Below, piece after piece: positions 54,051 through 64,000 of a stretch of 64,000 bases of DNA. A program made the position numbers and the translations under genes. Positions within the stretch are counted from its first letter, which is position 1. Every line of letters begins with the position of its first letter. A model generated the notes under the pieces. The model was not told the origin of the DNA and did no database searches. It was given only the letters and a program-made list of their open reading frames with translations. The DNA comes from Deferribacterales bacterium (GTDB lineage Bacteria; Chrysiogenota; Deferribacteres; Deferribacterales; Geovibrionaceae), in assembly GCA_050251875.1 (NCBI GenBank), contig JBFWMA010000005.1, positions 128,001 to 192,000 on the forward strand, in the 5' to 3' direction.

Positions 54051-54944
54051 ATGAAAAATGAATTATTTAAGAGAGCATTGGGGAGCTATCTGGGTTTCGC
54101 TGTGGGAGACGCGCTGGGCGCCACCACAGAGTTTATGAATCCCAGAGAGATCAAGGTAGAGTTCGGAGTGCATAATAAAATAGTCGGCGGCGGCTGGCTT
54201 AAGCTGAGGGCAGGACGTGTTACAGACGACACTGAGATGAGTCTGGCTCTGGGCGACAGCATAGTGGAGCGCAGAGGTTTTAATCTGAAAAGCGTTGCTG
54301 AGCACTATGTGAGATGGATGAAATCAAAACCCGTGGATATCGGTTCCACCGTCCGCAGGGGGCTGAGGGATTTCGTGGTGAACGGCACTCTGGTGTCTCC
54401 GGAATCTGAACAGTCAGCCGGAAACGGCGCCGCCATGCGCAATCTTCCGGTGATTCTGTACAGCTACAAGGACTGGACATATTTTGAGCGCATGTCTCTG
54501 GGGCAGGGGCGCATAACACATAACAACATACATTCGGATGTCATCATGCTGATATTCGGCGAGATGATGAGAGAGCTTTTAACCACCGGAGACAAGCTGA
54601 AGGCTCTGGATATAGGCAACAGGATAGTACGGGAGAATCCGAAATATTCGTATTCTCACTACAAGGGCGAATGCTCCGGATATGTGGTGGATACGTTTAA
54701 AACGGTGATGAACTACTTCGCCGAGGGTGAGACTTTTGAAGACACGCTGGTGCTGGTGGTGAACCAGGGCGGAGACGCCGACACCAACGGAGCGATAGCC
54801 GGAATGCTGGCGGGCGCTCTCTATGGGGTGGATGAAATACCCGGTAAATGGCTTAAGAAACTGGACAGGGAAGTCGTGGACGCAATAAAACAACAGACGG
54901 AAACTCTTCTGGGTCTGGATGTGAGGTTGGAAGATGAGATTTGA
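54051..54944 (+). CDS. draG: ADP-ribosyl-[dinitrogen reductase] hydrolase
   Basis: GDALGATTEFM, VTDDTEM, AGNGAAMR, VVNQGGDADT. Confidence 0.93.
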   Translation: MKNELFKRALGSYLGFAVGDALGATTEFMNPREIKVEFGVHNKIVGGGWLKLRAGRVTDDTEMSLALGDSIVERRGFNLKSVAEHYVRWMKSKPVDIGSTVRRGLRDFVVNGTLVSPESEQSAGNGAAMRNLPVILYSYKDWTYFERMSLGQGRITHNNIHSDVIMLIFGEMMRELLTTGDKLKALDIGNRIVRENPKYSYSHYKGECSGYVVDTFKTVMNYFAEGETFEDTLVLVVNQGGDADTNGAIAGMLAGALYGVDEIPGKWLKKLDREVVDAIKQQTETLLGLDVRLEDEI

Positions 54945-55362
54945 AACAGGTAATCTTCTGGATTTTGTGGGAAAAGCTCCGGTGGTTATAACCACCAACG
55001 GCACAGTGAGAAAAAACGGCAAAGCGAATCTGGGATCCGGCAACGCCAAAGAGATGGGGGACGCTCATCCGTGGATCGAGACCAAGCTGGGGTGGCTGCT
55101 GGATCAGTTCGGAAACCATGTGCACTATCTGGATGAGAATATAATCAGCTTCCCTGTGGAACACTCATGGCAGGAATACGCCGATATCGATCTGGTGAGG
55201 CGTTCGGCCATAGAGCTGGTGATGATGGCGGATCAGTCCGGCTGGACTGACATATATATGCCTCTGCCCGGATGCGGCAAGGGCGGGCTGAGACCCAGCG
55301 ATGTGATATCTGTTCTGGCACCTATTCTGGACGCCAGGTTCATCGTTCTGAACAAAGAATGA
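54934..55362 (+). CDS. Macrodomain (ADP-ribose-binding) protein
   Basis: GNLL N-terminus, ITTN, LGSG.A loop, FPV, P.PGCGKGGL; overlaps draG stop. Confidence 0.75.
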   Translation: MRFETGNLLDFVGKAPVVITTNGTVRKNGKANLGSGNAKEMGDAHPWIETKLGWLLDQFGNHVHYLDENIISFPVEHSWQEYADIDLVRRSAIELVMMADQSGWTDIYMPLPGCGKGGLRPSDVISVLAPILDARFIVLNKE

Positions 55363-55386
55363 GAGCATACATTATATAGTGATGAT

Positions 55387-55412
55387 AAAGGACGCTTCGG
55401 CGTCCTTTTTTT
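55387..55412 (+). terminator. Intrinsic terminator
   Basis: AAGGACGC-TTCG-GCGTCCTT followed by T-tract. Confidence 0.88.
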
Positions 55413-55474
55413 GTTTATGTGACAAAAAAACATCACTGATGCAATTTTAATCATCAATGAGCATAATTTGAATA

Positions 55475-56655
<1,181 letters not shown>

Positions 56656-56777
56656 TACGATAAAAAGATCTCTTTAGTGCCTTTCCTATCCGGCGCGCGG
56701 CTTGCCGGATTCTTCAGACACTTCAGAGACTCTCTTAGAACAGTGCAACGAAGACGAAATAATACGAGGTTTATTAT

Positions 56778-58220
56778 ATGGCTAATAAAACTGTAAAAGA
56801 CCACGGCGTAGAGGTTATGGAGGAGATCCTTAACGGATACAACGATGGTACAAAGAAAGATAGAAAGAAAAAACTGGAAGTTGTCGAAGGCGAGACTGAT
56901 AAGTCCTGCATCGTAGCCAACAGAAAAATCCGCCCCGGCGTTATGTCTATGAGAGGATGCGCTTATGCGGGAGCGAAAGGTGTGGTTTTCGGACCCATCA
57001 AAGACATGATACACATCAGCCACGGTCCCGTAGGCTGCGGACAGTACTCATGGGCAGCCAGACGTAACTTTGCAAACGGTATCCCCGGCATAGATAACTA
57101 TGTCACTATGCAGATTACATCTGACTTTCAGGAAAAAGACATCGTTTTCGGCGGAGATAAAAAACTTACAAAACTGATACAGGAAGCAAACGAGCTCTTC
57201 CCTCTTAACAAAGGTGTTTCAATCCTTTCAGAGTGCCCCATCGGTCTGATCGGTGACGACATCGAGGCTGTTGCCAGAGCCACAGCCAAAGAGATAGACA
57301 AACCTGTAATCCCCTGCCGCTGTGAGGGATTCCGCGGTGTTTCCCAGTCTCTGGGTCACCACATCGCCAACGACTCTCTGCGTGACTGGATATATGAAGC
57401 CGAAGTTAAGGGTGTGGAAGTAGAGGACAGCCCCTACAACATCGCTCTGATAGGCGACTACAACATCGGCGGTGACGCATGGTCTTCAAGAAAAATCCTT
57501 GAGGCTATGGGGCTCAAAGTTGTTTCCCAGTCAACAGGCGACTCAACAGTGAGCGAGATCGCCAACCTTACACAGGCTAAAGTAGTGCTGATCCACTGCT
57601 ACCGTTCAATGAACTACATCTCAAGATATGTAGAAGAAAAATTCGGTATTCCGTGGGTTGAGTTCAACTTCTTCGGACCTACTCAGATTGTTAAAAGCAT
57701 GCGTAAAATCGCTGCTATGTTCGATGAGACTATTCAGAAGAAAACAGAAGAGCTCATCGAAAAAGAGTACATGCCCGCTTTCCAGAAGATCGTGGACAAG
57801 TACAAACCCAGACTCGAAGGCAAACAGTGTATGCTCTTCGTGGGCGGTCTTCGTCCCAGACACACCATCCCCGCTTTCCGCGATCTTGGTGTAGAGGTGA
57901 CTATCACCGGTTACGAATTTGCCCACAATGACGACTATGCCAGAACTCTGGAATATGTCGAAAACACAACCTTCATGGTTGACGACATGAACGAATACGA
58001 AATGGAGAAACTCCTCGAAACCTTCAAACCCGACCTGGTCGGTTCCGGTATCAAAGAGAAATACTCCACACAGAAGTCAGGTATTCCCTTCCGTCAGATG
58101 CACTCATGGGACTACTCAGGACCCTATCACGGTGTTGACGGCTTCGCGGTATTCGCCAGAGACATGGACATGGCAGTAAATGGTGCTGTTTGGAAAAAAC
58201 TGACACCTCCGTGGAAATAA
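56778..58220 (+). CDS. nifD: Nitrogenase MoFe protein alpha chain
   Basis: RGCAYAG, HGPVGC, HCYRS, GGLRPRH, MHSWDY. Confidence 0.99.
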   Translation: MANKTVKDHGVEVMEEILNGYNDGTKKDRKKKLEVVEGETDKSCIVANRKIRPGVMSMRGCAYAGAKGVVFGPIKDMIHISHGPVGCGQYSWAARRNFANGIPGIDNYVTMQITSDFQEKDIVFGGDKKLTKLIQEANELFPLNKGVSILSECPIGLIGDDIEAVARATAKEIDKPVIPCRCEGFRGVSQSLGHHIANDSLRDWIYEAEVKGVEVEDSPYNIALIGDYNIGGDAWSSRKILEAMGLKVVSQSTGDSTVSEIANLTQAKVVLIHCYRSMNYISRYVEEKFGIPWVEFNFFGPTQIVKSMRKIAAMFDETIQKKTEELIEKEYMPAFQKIVDKYKPRLEGKQCMLFVGGLRPRHTIPAFRDLGVEVTITGYEFAHNDDYARTLEYVENTTFMVDDMNEYEMEKLLETFKPDLVGSGIKEKYSTQKSGIPFRQMHSWDYSGPYHGVDGFAVFARDMDMAVNGAVWKKLTPPWK

Positions 58221-58238
58221 TTTTAGAGGGAGCATAAC

Positions 58239-59747
58239 ATGAGCGAAAAAGCAAAAGACCACGTTTCTTTATTTGATGGTAAAGAATATCAGGAGATGTT
58301 CGAGGACAAGAAACAGTACGAGAACGTTGAGACTGATGAAAAAATAAAAGAGACTCTTGAGTGGACAAAAACAAAAGAGTACAGAGACCTGAACTTCGCC
58401 AGAGAAGAGCTGACTATCAACCCTCTGAAGGCTTGCCAGCCTCTGGGCGGTCTGTATGCGGCTATCGGATTTGAGGACACAATGCCCTTCGTGCACGGTT
58501 CACAGGGCTGCGCTTCCTACTTCCGTTCACACTTTATGCGTCACTTCCGCGAGCCCTTCCCCACATCATGCGATGCCATGACAGAGGACGCGGCGGTTTT
58601 CGGCGGACACAACGCTATGTATCTGGGTCTGCAAAACACATATGAGCTCTATAAGCCCAAGATGATAACTATGGTGACATCATGCATGTCAGAGGTTATC
58701 GGTGACGACATGAACTCCTTCGTGAAAAACGCGAAAGAGCAGGGATTCATCCCCAATGATCTCCCCGTGACATTTGCTCACACACCTTCATTCGTTGGAT
58801 CTCACGTAGTGGGTTACGACAACACTATGATGCACATCCTTCAGCAGATGGGTCAGAAGAGAGATCACAAAACTGACAAGATCAACGTTATCATGGGATT
58901 CGACACATATATCGCCAACTTTGAGGAGATCAAAAGAATCTTCGCACTGTTCGGCGCAGAGATCAATCTGCTCTCTGACCCCTCAGAGACACTGAACTCA
59001 CCCACCGACGGACATTACAAAATGTACAGAGGCGGCACAAAGCTGGACGATCTGAGAGACGCTCCCAATGCTAAAGGCACTCTGATGCTTCAGAAATATT
59101 CCACTCTGAAAACAGTGGAGTTCATAGAAAAAGAGTGGGGACAGCCTGTTAAAGTGGTTAACCCCTATGGTATCGAAGGATCTGACGACCTGATGATGGC
59201 TATCAGTGAACTGACAGGCAAGCCTGTTCCCGCTGAGCTGGAATATGAAAGAGGTCAGCTTCTGGACGCCATCGCCGACTCATACTACTGGGTACACGGC
59301 AAAACTTGCGGTATCAACGGCGACCCCGACATGGCTTACGGTCTTTCCAGATTCGTGACAGAGATGGGCGCTGAGCCTGTTCATGTTCTGGTTACCAACG
59401 GATCTAAAGAGTGGGAAGCAGACACAAAAGCTATGCTCAGCAAGACTGAGTTCGGCAAAGAAGCCCAGCTGTGGCCCGGAAAAGACATGTGGCACTACCG
59501 CTCACTGCTTTTCACAGAGCCCGTTGACTTCATCATCGGCAACTCATACGGCAAATATCTTGAAAGAGACACAGGAATCGCCCTCGTAAGAATCGGCTTC
59601 CCTCTTCAGGACAGACACCACCTGCACAGATATCCTACAATAGGATACAAAGGCGGCGTACAGATGCTTACATGGATCGTTAACAGAGTCCTTGACGATG
59701 TTGATAAAAAGACCATGTACACAACAAGCTACGACATCCTTCGCTAA
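58239..59747 (+). CDS. nifK: Nitrogenase MoFe protein beta chain
   Basis: NPLKACQPLG, HGSQGC, SCMSEVIGDD, HTPSF. Confidence 0.99.
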   Translation: MSEKAKDHVSLFDGKEYQEMFEDKKQYENVETDEKIKETLEWTKTKEYRDLNFAREELTINPLKACQPLGGLYAAIGFEDTMPFVHGSQGCASYFRSHFMRHFREPFPTSCDAMTEDAAVFGGHNAMYLGLQNTYELYKPKMITMVTSCMSEVIGDDMNSFVKNAKEQGFIPNDLPVTFAHTPSFVGSHVVGYDNTMMHILQQMGQKRDHKTDKINVIMGFDTYIANFEEIKRIFALFGAEINLLSDPSETLNSPTDGHYKMYRGGTKLDDLRDAPNAKGTLMLQKYSTLKTVEFIEKEWGQPVKVVNPYGIEGSDDLMMAISELTGKPVPAELEYERGQLLDAIADSYYWVHGKTCGINGDPDMAYGLSRFVTEMGAEPVHVLVTNGSKEWEADTKAMLSKTEFGKEAQLWPGKDMWHYRSLLFTEPVDFIIGNSYGKYLERDTGIALVRIGFPLQDRHHLHRYPTIGYKGGVQMLTWIVNRVLDDVDKKTMYTTSYDILR

Positions 59748-59753
59748 GAGCCT

Positions 59754-59969
59754 ATGAAGGTAACATTAAATACAAAAGGGGACGTATACACAGTATACGT
59801 CCCTAAAAAAGACATGGAACAAATAGTGGTTTCCATCGACACCAAGGGTGCCGGCTGGGGCGGAGAATTTACCCTGGCTAACGGCTGGATACTGGAGATC
59901 GAAGCATTCGACACAGTGCCGCCGCTGCCCAAGACAGTGGAAGCTAAACTGCTCAGCAGAGGAGAGTAA
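59754..59969 (+). CDS. nifT: NifT/FixU protein
   Basis: YVPKKDME, WGG..TLANGW, LPKTVEA. Confidence 0.92.
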   Translation: MKVTLNTKGDVYTVYVPKKDMEQIVVSIDTKGAGWGGEFTLANGWILEIEAFDTVPPLPKTVEAKLLSRGE

Positions 59970-59990
59970 CGCCTCCTCAAGGAGATACAC

Positions 59991-61361
59991 ATGAGACTGG
60001 CAATCCAGCAGCTGACAGAAGAACCGTCCTGTGACCATAATCAGAAAAAGACCGCAGAGCAGAAAAAAAACGCCTGCAAAAAACCCACGCCCGGAGCAAC
60101 AGCCGGGGGCTGCGCCTTTGACGGCGCCCAGATAGTCCTCGTGCCCATCGCTGACGCGGCACATATAATCCACGGACCCATGACCTGTACCGGACAGAGT
60201 TACAACAACAGAGGTACCAGAACAGATAAAGGAAACTTTCATCAGTATGGGTTCACAACGGATCTTTCTGAACTGGACATAGTTTTCGGAGCTGAAAAAA
60301 AGCTGAAGGACTCAGTCAGATATGTAGTGCAAAAATTTTCGCCCAAGGCAGTGTTTATATATTCAACATGCGTTACAGCCATGTCGGGCGAAGATATAGG
60401 AGCGGTCAGCAAGGAGATGCAGGAGGAGCTTAATGTCCCAGTCATCCCCGTTGACTCCCCCGGATTTTCCGGAAGCAAGAACCTCGGCAATAAATTTGCC
60501 GGATTCTCACTGATGAACCACGTCATCGGCACAAAAGAACCGGAGAAGATTCCCATGTTTCCCATAAACCTCATCGGCGAATACAACATTGCCGGCGAGC
60601 TTTATCAGGTGGAGCCGCTCTTTAACGAGTTGGGGATCACTCTCTTTTCGAAGATGACAGGCAACGCCGGCTATGACGAAATATGCCACGCTCACAGGTC
60701 GAAACTGTCCGTGGTGATATGCAGTCAGGCGCTCATATCCCTCGCCCGCCAGATGAAGGACAAATATGAGATTCCTTTTATGGAGGGATCATTCTATGGC
60801 ATGGGCGAAACCAGAAAAACTCTGGTGAAAATAGCTGAAAATCTGGGAAGCGATATCCTGAAGAAGAGAGCCGAAGAGCTCTGCGACAGAAAAGAGAAGG
60901 AAACATACGATCTGCTGGCGCCCTATCTGCCTATTCTGAAAGGTAAGAGAGTGCTGGTGTACACAGGCGGTGTCAAGAGCTGGTCTGTTCTTAATCAGCT
61001 CGAGGAGCTGGGTATGGAAGTGGTAAAATCCAGCACCAGAAAATCCACAGAAGACGACATCGCCAGAATACTGGAATATTTCGAGGGCAACGAAGACGGT
61101 CTGATGCCTAAAGGTGACGGCAAGACCATTCTGAATCTGATGAAACAGTATGACGCCCATCTGCTGCTGGCAGGCGGACGGAACATGTATAACGCCATGA
61201 AGGGCAAAGTTCCCTTTGTGGATGTGAACCAGGAGAGGCACTTCGCATTCGCCGGATATGACGGCACGGTGGAGCTCGCCAGACGGCTGGTATACACACT
61301 CACATCACCTGTTTTTGAAGTGACCACAAGACCTGCCCCCTGGGAGGTGTCATTTGGTTAA
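59991..61361 (+). CDS. nifE: FeMo-co scaffold NifE
   Basis: GGCAFDGA, YSTCV, GEYNIAGE, YTGGVKSWS, NQER. Confidence 0.97.
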   Translation: MRLAIQQLTEEPSCDHNQKKTAEQKKNACKKPTPGATAGGCAFDGAQIVLVPIADAAHIIHGPMTCTGQSYNNRGTRTDKGNFHQYGFTTDLSELDIVFGAEKKLKDSVRYVVQKFSPKAVFIYSTCVTAMSGEDIGAVSKEMQEELNVPVIPVDSPGFSGSKNLGNKFAGFSLMNHVIGTKEPEKIPMFPINLIGEYNIAGELYQVEPLFNELGITLFSKMTGNAGYDEICHAHRSKLSVVICSQALISLARQMKDKYEIPFMEGSFYGMGETRKTLVKIAENLGSDILKKRAEELCDRKEKETYDLLAPYLPILKGKRVLVYTGGVKSWSVLNQLEELGMEVVKSSTRKSTEDDIARILEYFEGNEDGLMPKGDGKTILNLMKQYDAHLLLAGGRNMYNAMKGKVPFVDVNQERHFAFAGYDGTVELARRLVYTLTSPVFEVTTRPAPWEVSFG

Positions 61362-62661
61362 GGTAATAGAAAAACCCCTTGCGGTGAACCCGCTGAAAAA
61401 GAGCCAGATAATGGGCGCTATAACCGCCTTTCTGGGGATGCACAGAGTTATGCCTCTGGTGCACGGAGCGCAGGGGTGCATGGCATTTACAAAGAACTTT
61501 CTCACACAGCACTTTCGCGAGGTAACCCCCATGCAGAGTACTGCTGTGTTCGATATAGCCACCATCATAGGCGATGATTCCAACCTGCATCAGGGCATCG
61601 CCAACGTAATAGACAAACAGAACCCCGACTTCATCGGGCTGGTGACCACCGGAATGACAGAGGTCAGAGGCGATGATATGAAGGGATCGCTGTTCCGCTT
61701 CAGAGAGAAATATCCGCAGTATTCAGAGACCCCCGTGGTTTCTGTCGCCACTCCGGATTTCAAGGGAGACGCGGAGACCGGATTTGCCGCCGCTGTGGCG
61801 GTGACTCTTTCCACTCTGCTTCCGATGGAGCCTGTGCGGGACTACAGAACCAGAAAACTGATAAACATTCTGGCGGGAATGCATCTGAACGCCGCCGACA
61901 TAGACTGGATCAGACGTGTGTTTGAGGATTTCGGACTGGAAGTAATCATCCTTCCGGATATATCATCCAGCATGGGCGGACAGGTCACCAGATTTTACAC
62001 ACTGCCGGAAGAGGGTACTACTGTCGATATGATACGCCGGATGGCGCAGGCGGATTTCACCATCGCCATCGGCGGATGTATGGAGCAGGCGGCGGACGTT
62101 CTGCTGGAAAAATGCTGCATCCCTTATAAAAAATTCGACAGCCTCACAGGCATAACATATTCAGACGAGCTGATATCATGGCTGATGGACTACACAGGCA
62201 GACCTGTGCCACAATGGCTGAAAGTGCAGAGACAGAGGGGCGTGGACGCTCTTCTGGACGCTCACTTCTCTTTCGGCGGAAAGGTATGCTCTATAGCCGC
62301 TGAGCCCGATCTGCTCTACAGTCTGGGCAATTTTATCACCAAAGAGATGGGGATAAAGCTGGAATGTGCCGTGACAACATCCAGACACGGAGCCTTCGAG
62401 TCGCTGGACGCTGAGAATATCATCATGGGGGATCTGGACGATCTGGAGGAATATTCCAAAAACTCAGATTTCATACTGGCTAACTCCAACGCCGTGCCGA
62501 TGTGCCACAGAACGCATCAGCCTCTTTATAAAGTCGGCTTTCCGATTAAGGATCAGTTCGGGCATTTTCACAGGGCATTTGTGGGCTATGCTGGTGTTAT
62601 GCAGCTCGCTTTTGATATAGGAAACATCTGTCTGACGCTGGACATAGAAAAGTCACACTAA
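61354..62661 (+). CDS. nifN: FeMo-co scaffold NifN
   Basis: VNPLKKSQ..GA, HGAQGC, HFRE, LDAHF; TTG start. Confidence 0.95.
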   Translation: MVKVIEKPLAVNPLKKSQIMGAITAFLGMHRVMPLVHGAQGCMAFTKNFLTQHFREVTPMQSTAVFDIATIIGDDSNLHQGIANVIDKQNPDFIGLVTTGMTEVRGDDMKGSLFRFREKYPQYSETPVVSVATPDFKGDAETGFAAAVAVTLSTLLPMEPVRDYRTRKLINILAGMHLNAADIDWIRRVFEDFGLEVIILPDISSSMGGQVTRFYTLPEEGTTVDMIRRMAQADFTIAIGGCMEQAADVLLEKCCIPYKKFDSLTGITYSDELISWLMDYTGRPVPQWLKVQRQRGVDALLDAHFSFGGKVCSIAAEPDLLYSLGNFITKEMGIKLECAVTTSRHGAFESLDAENIIMGDLDDLEEYSKNSDFILANSNAVPMCHRTHQPLYKVGFPIKDQFGHFHRAFVGYAGVMQLAFDIGNICLTLDIEKSH

Positions 62662-62663
62662 AA

Positions 62664-62693
62664 AGATTGCTTCACCTGATGGTTCGCAATGAC
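62664..62693. repeat. REP-like repeat family C
   Basis: AGATTGCTTC...TTCGCAATGAC right after nifN stop. Confidence 0.6.
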
Positions 62694-62777
62694 GGGAAGT
62701 AGAAATATACAACAGACAGAGGGTCGTTTAGTGTCTCTGACGGGGATATTGGACGGTCTTCTCAAAGGGAGAAAGAG

Positions 62778-63164
62778 ATGAAGATAGGATTCTGTACAAA
62801 TGACATGAAAAACGTGGACGAACACTATGGCAGAGCCACAAAAGTAGCTATCTATGAGATAGATGAAAAAGGCTACAGTCTGGCTGAGGTCAGAGAGTTC
62901 GCCGCACAGGAAGACGGAACAGAACACAAGCTGGACACAGGTTCCAAGGCGGAGGCGCTGAACGACTGCGCCATCCTGTATGTGCTCCAGATAGGCGGAC
63001 CGGCAGCGGCGCATGTTATCAAAAACAAGATACACCCTGTTAAGGTTCAGGATCCCATGCCCATAGACGAGATACTGGAAAACCTGAAAACCACTCTGGG
63101 AGGCAACCCCGCCCCCTGGCTGAAAAAAGCTCTCTACAGAGACAAAGCCCCCGAGGGTATGTAA
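62778..63164 (+). CDS. nifX: NifX
   Basis: VDEHYG, DCAILY..IGGPAAA, IHPVK, PAPWLKK. Confidence 0.93.
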   Translation: MKIGFCTNDMKNVDEHYGRATKVAIYEIDEKGYSLAEVREFAAQEDGTEHKLDTGSKAEALNDCAILYVLQIGGPAAAHVIKNKIHPVKVQDPMPIDEILENLKTTLGGNPAPWLKKALYRDKAPEGM

Positions 63165-63165
63165 T

Positions 63166-63594
63166 ATGGCGAAGAGCTTCAGAGAGGTTATCACGGCTAA
63201 ACTGCGCTCTTTTGACGCCCACGGCACATGGAAGAACATAGCCGATGAAAAACTGCTTGCCAGATATTTTGTAGTAACCAAAGAGGATAAGAAAAATATA
63301 GACGCCTTCGGTCCTATGTCTCCTGAGACAGTGGCGAAGATCAGGCTCTATTACGAGGCGGTGGCTCAGACCGTTGAGGAAAACTGCGGGCGTATTATCG
63401 TGACCGCTCTCGACATAAATACCGAAGGTTTCGGCAGGGCTCTTCTGATAGACGAAGACTATATCCTGCTTCAGAAGGTGCATAGAAACGCTCATAAATT
63501 CGGATTTGAGAATCTGGACGAGATGTCTGAGGAGGGCGAAAAGCTGACCGCAAAGGCTCTTGTAAATTCGAAAAAATTTGGTCTTATCGACTAA
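63166..63594 (+). CDS. NifX-associated nitrogen fixation protein (DUF269)
   Basis: R..D.HGTW, EGFGRAL, RNAHKFGF. Confidence 0.85.
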   Translation: MAKSFREVITAKLRSFDAHGTWKNIADEKLLARYFVVTKEDKKNIDAFGPMSPETVAKIRLYYEAVAQTVEENCGRIIVTALDINTEGFGRALLIDEDYILLQKVHRNAHKFGFENLDEMSEEGEKLTAKALVNSKKFGLID

Positions 63595-63622
63595 TCACTC
63601 ACCTATAGTATGTATATCTATG

Positions 63623-63651
63623 AAAAAGGCGGCCAGATGACCGCCTTTTTT
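63623..63651. terminator. Bidirectional intrinsic terminator
   Basis: AAAAAGGCGG...CCGCCTTTTTT. Confidence 0.85.
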
Positions 63652-63671
63652 GTGTATTCATTATTATTTTT

Positions 63672-63753
63672 ACTCCCTCCTTTTTTAAAGGAGGGTTGGG
63701 GTGGATTTCTTATTAGAAATATCCCCTAGCCCCTCTCTGCCAAAGAGGGGAAC
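63672..63753. repeat. REP-like repeat family A, inverted doublet
   Basis: CCCTCCTTTTTTAAAGGAGGG-TTGGGGTGGATTTCT plus diverged inverted copy. Confidence 0.85.
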
Positions 63754-63764
63754 AGTAAATTTGC

Positions 63765-64000
63765 TTACTTGCCGAGGGCTTTTCCTCTGGCGGTGTGTCT
63801 CTCCTGCTGAGAGAGTATCTTTTTGCGGAGTCTGATAGATTTCGGTGTTACCTCAACCATCTCGTCATCAGCGATGAAGTGTATAGCTTTTTCCAGTGTC
63901 ATGGGGGGCACGGGTGTCAGGGTGATGGCGTCATCCTTACCGGAAGCCCTCATGTTGGTGAGCTTCTTCTCTTTACAGGGGTTGGCGTTCAGATCGTTGT
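63765..64000 (-). CDS. typA: Translational GTPase TypA/BipA, 3' end only
   Basis: [22 protein letters not shown]...[17 protein letters not shown]. Confidence 0.95.
   Translation of the reverse strand, partial: NDLNANPCKEKKLTNMRASGKDDAITLTPVPPMTLEKAIHFIADDEMVEVTPKSIRLRKKILSQQERHTARGKALGK

Overview
Bacterial chromosomal window of moderate GC. The gene content suggests an anaerobic diazotroph, possibly Deferribacterota, but that is an inference. Left to right: (1) ArsR-TolC-RND adaptor efflux locus; (2) ribF-rimO-bamD-serS-rsmI; (3) a ~1.35 kb very AT-rich islet with a Panacea (DUF4065) antitoxin-like gene coupled to a putative PemK/MazF-fold gene; (4) an orphan 800-aa flagellin with a structured sigma28/CsrA-type leader; (5) DUF134, nitroreductase, rlmE, rng, recR, ybaB, ArsR, DegT; (6) tRNAs plus the contiguous tuf-secE-nusG-rplKAJL-rpoBC-str-S10-spc-alpha supercluster, with two near-identical tuf copies and no rpmD; (7) a Mo-nitrogenase region: nifA, fdxB, nifZ, draT, draG, a macrodomain gene, nifHDK-T-ENX and DUF269; (8) the 3' end of typA. 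No CRISPR array, rRNA or transposase was seen. The most interesting items are a diverged ~130-nt structured repeat/RNA family in two copies, the Panacea TA candidate, a macrodomain gene coupled to draG, a NifA with a GAFSGD loop and a probably leaderless sigma54 transcript, and several RNA-level control elements.
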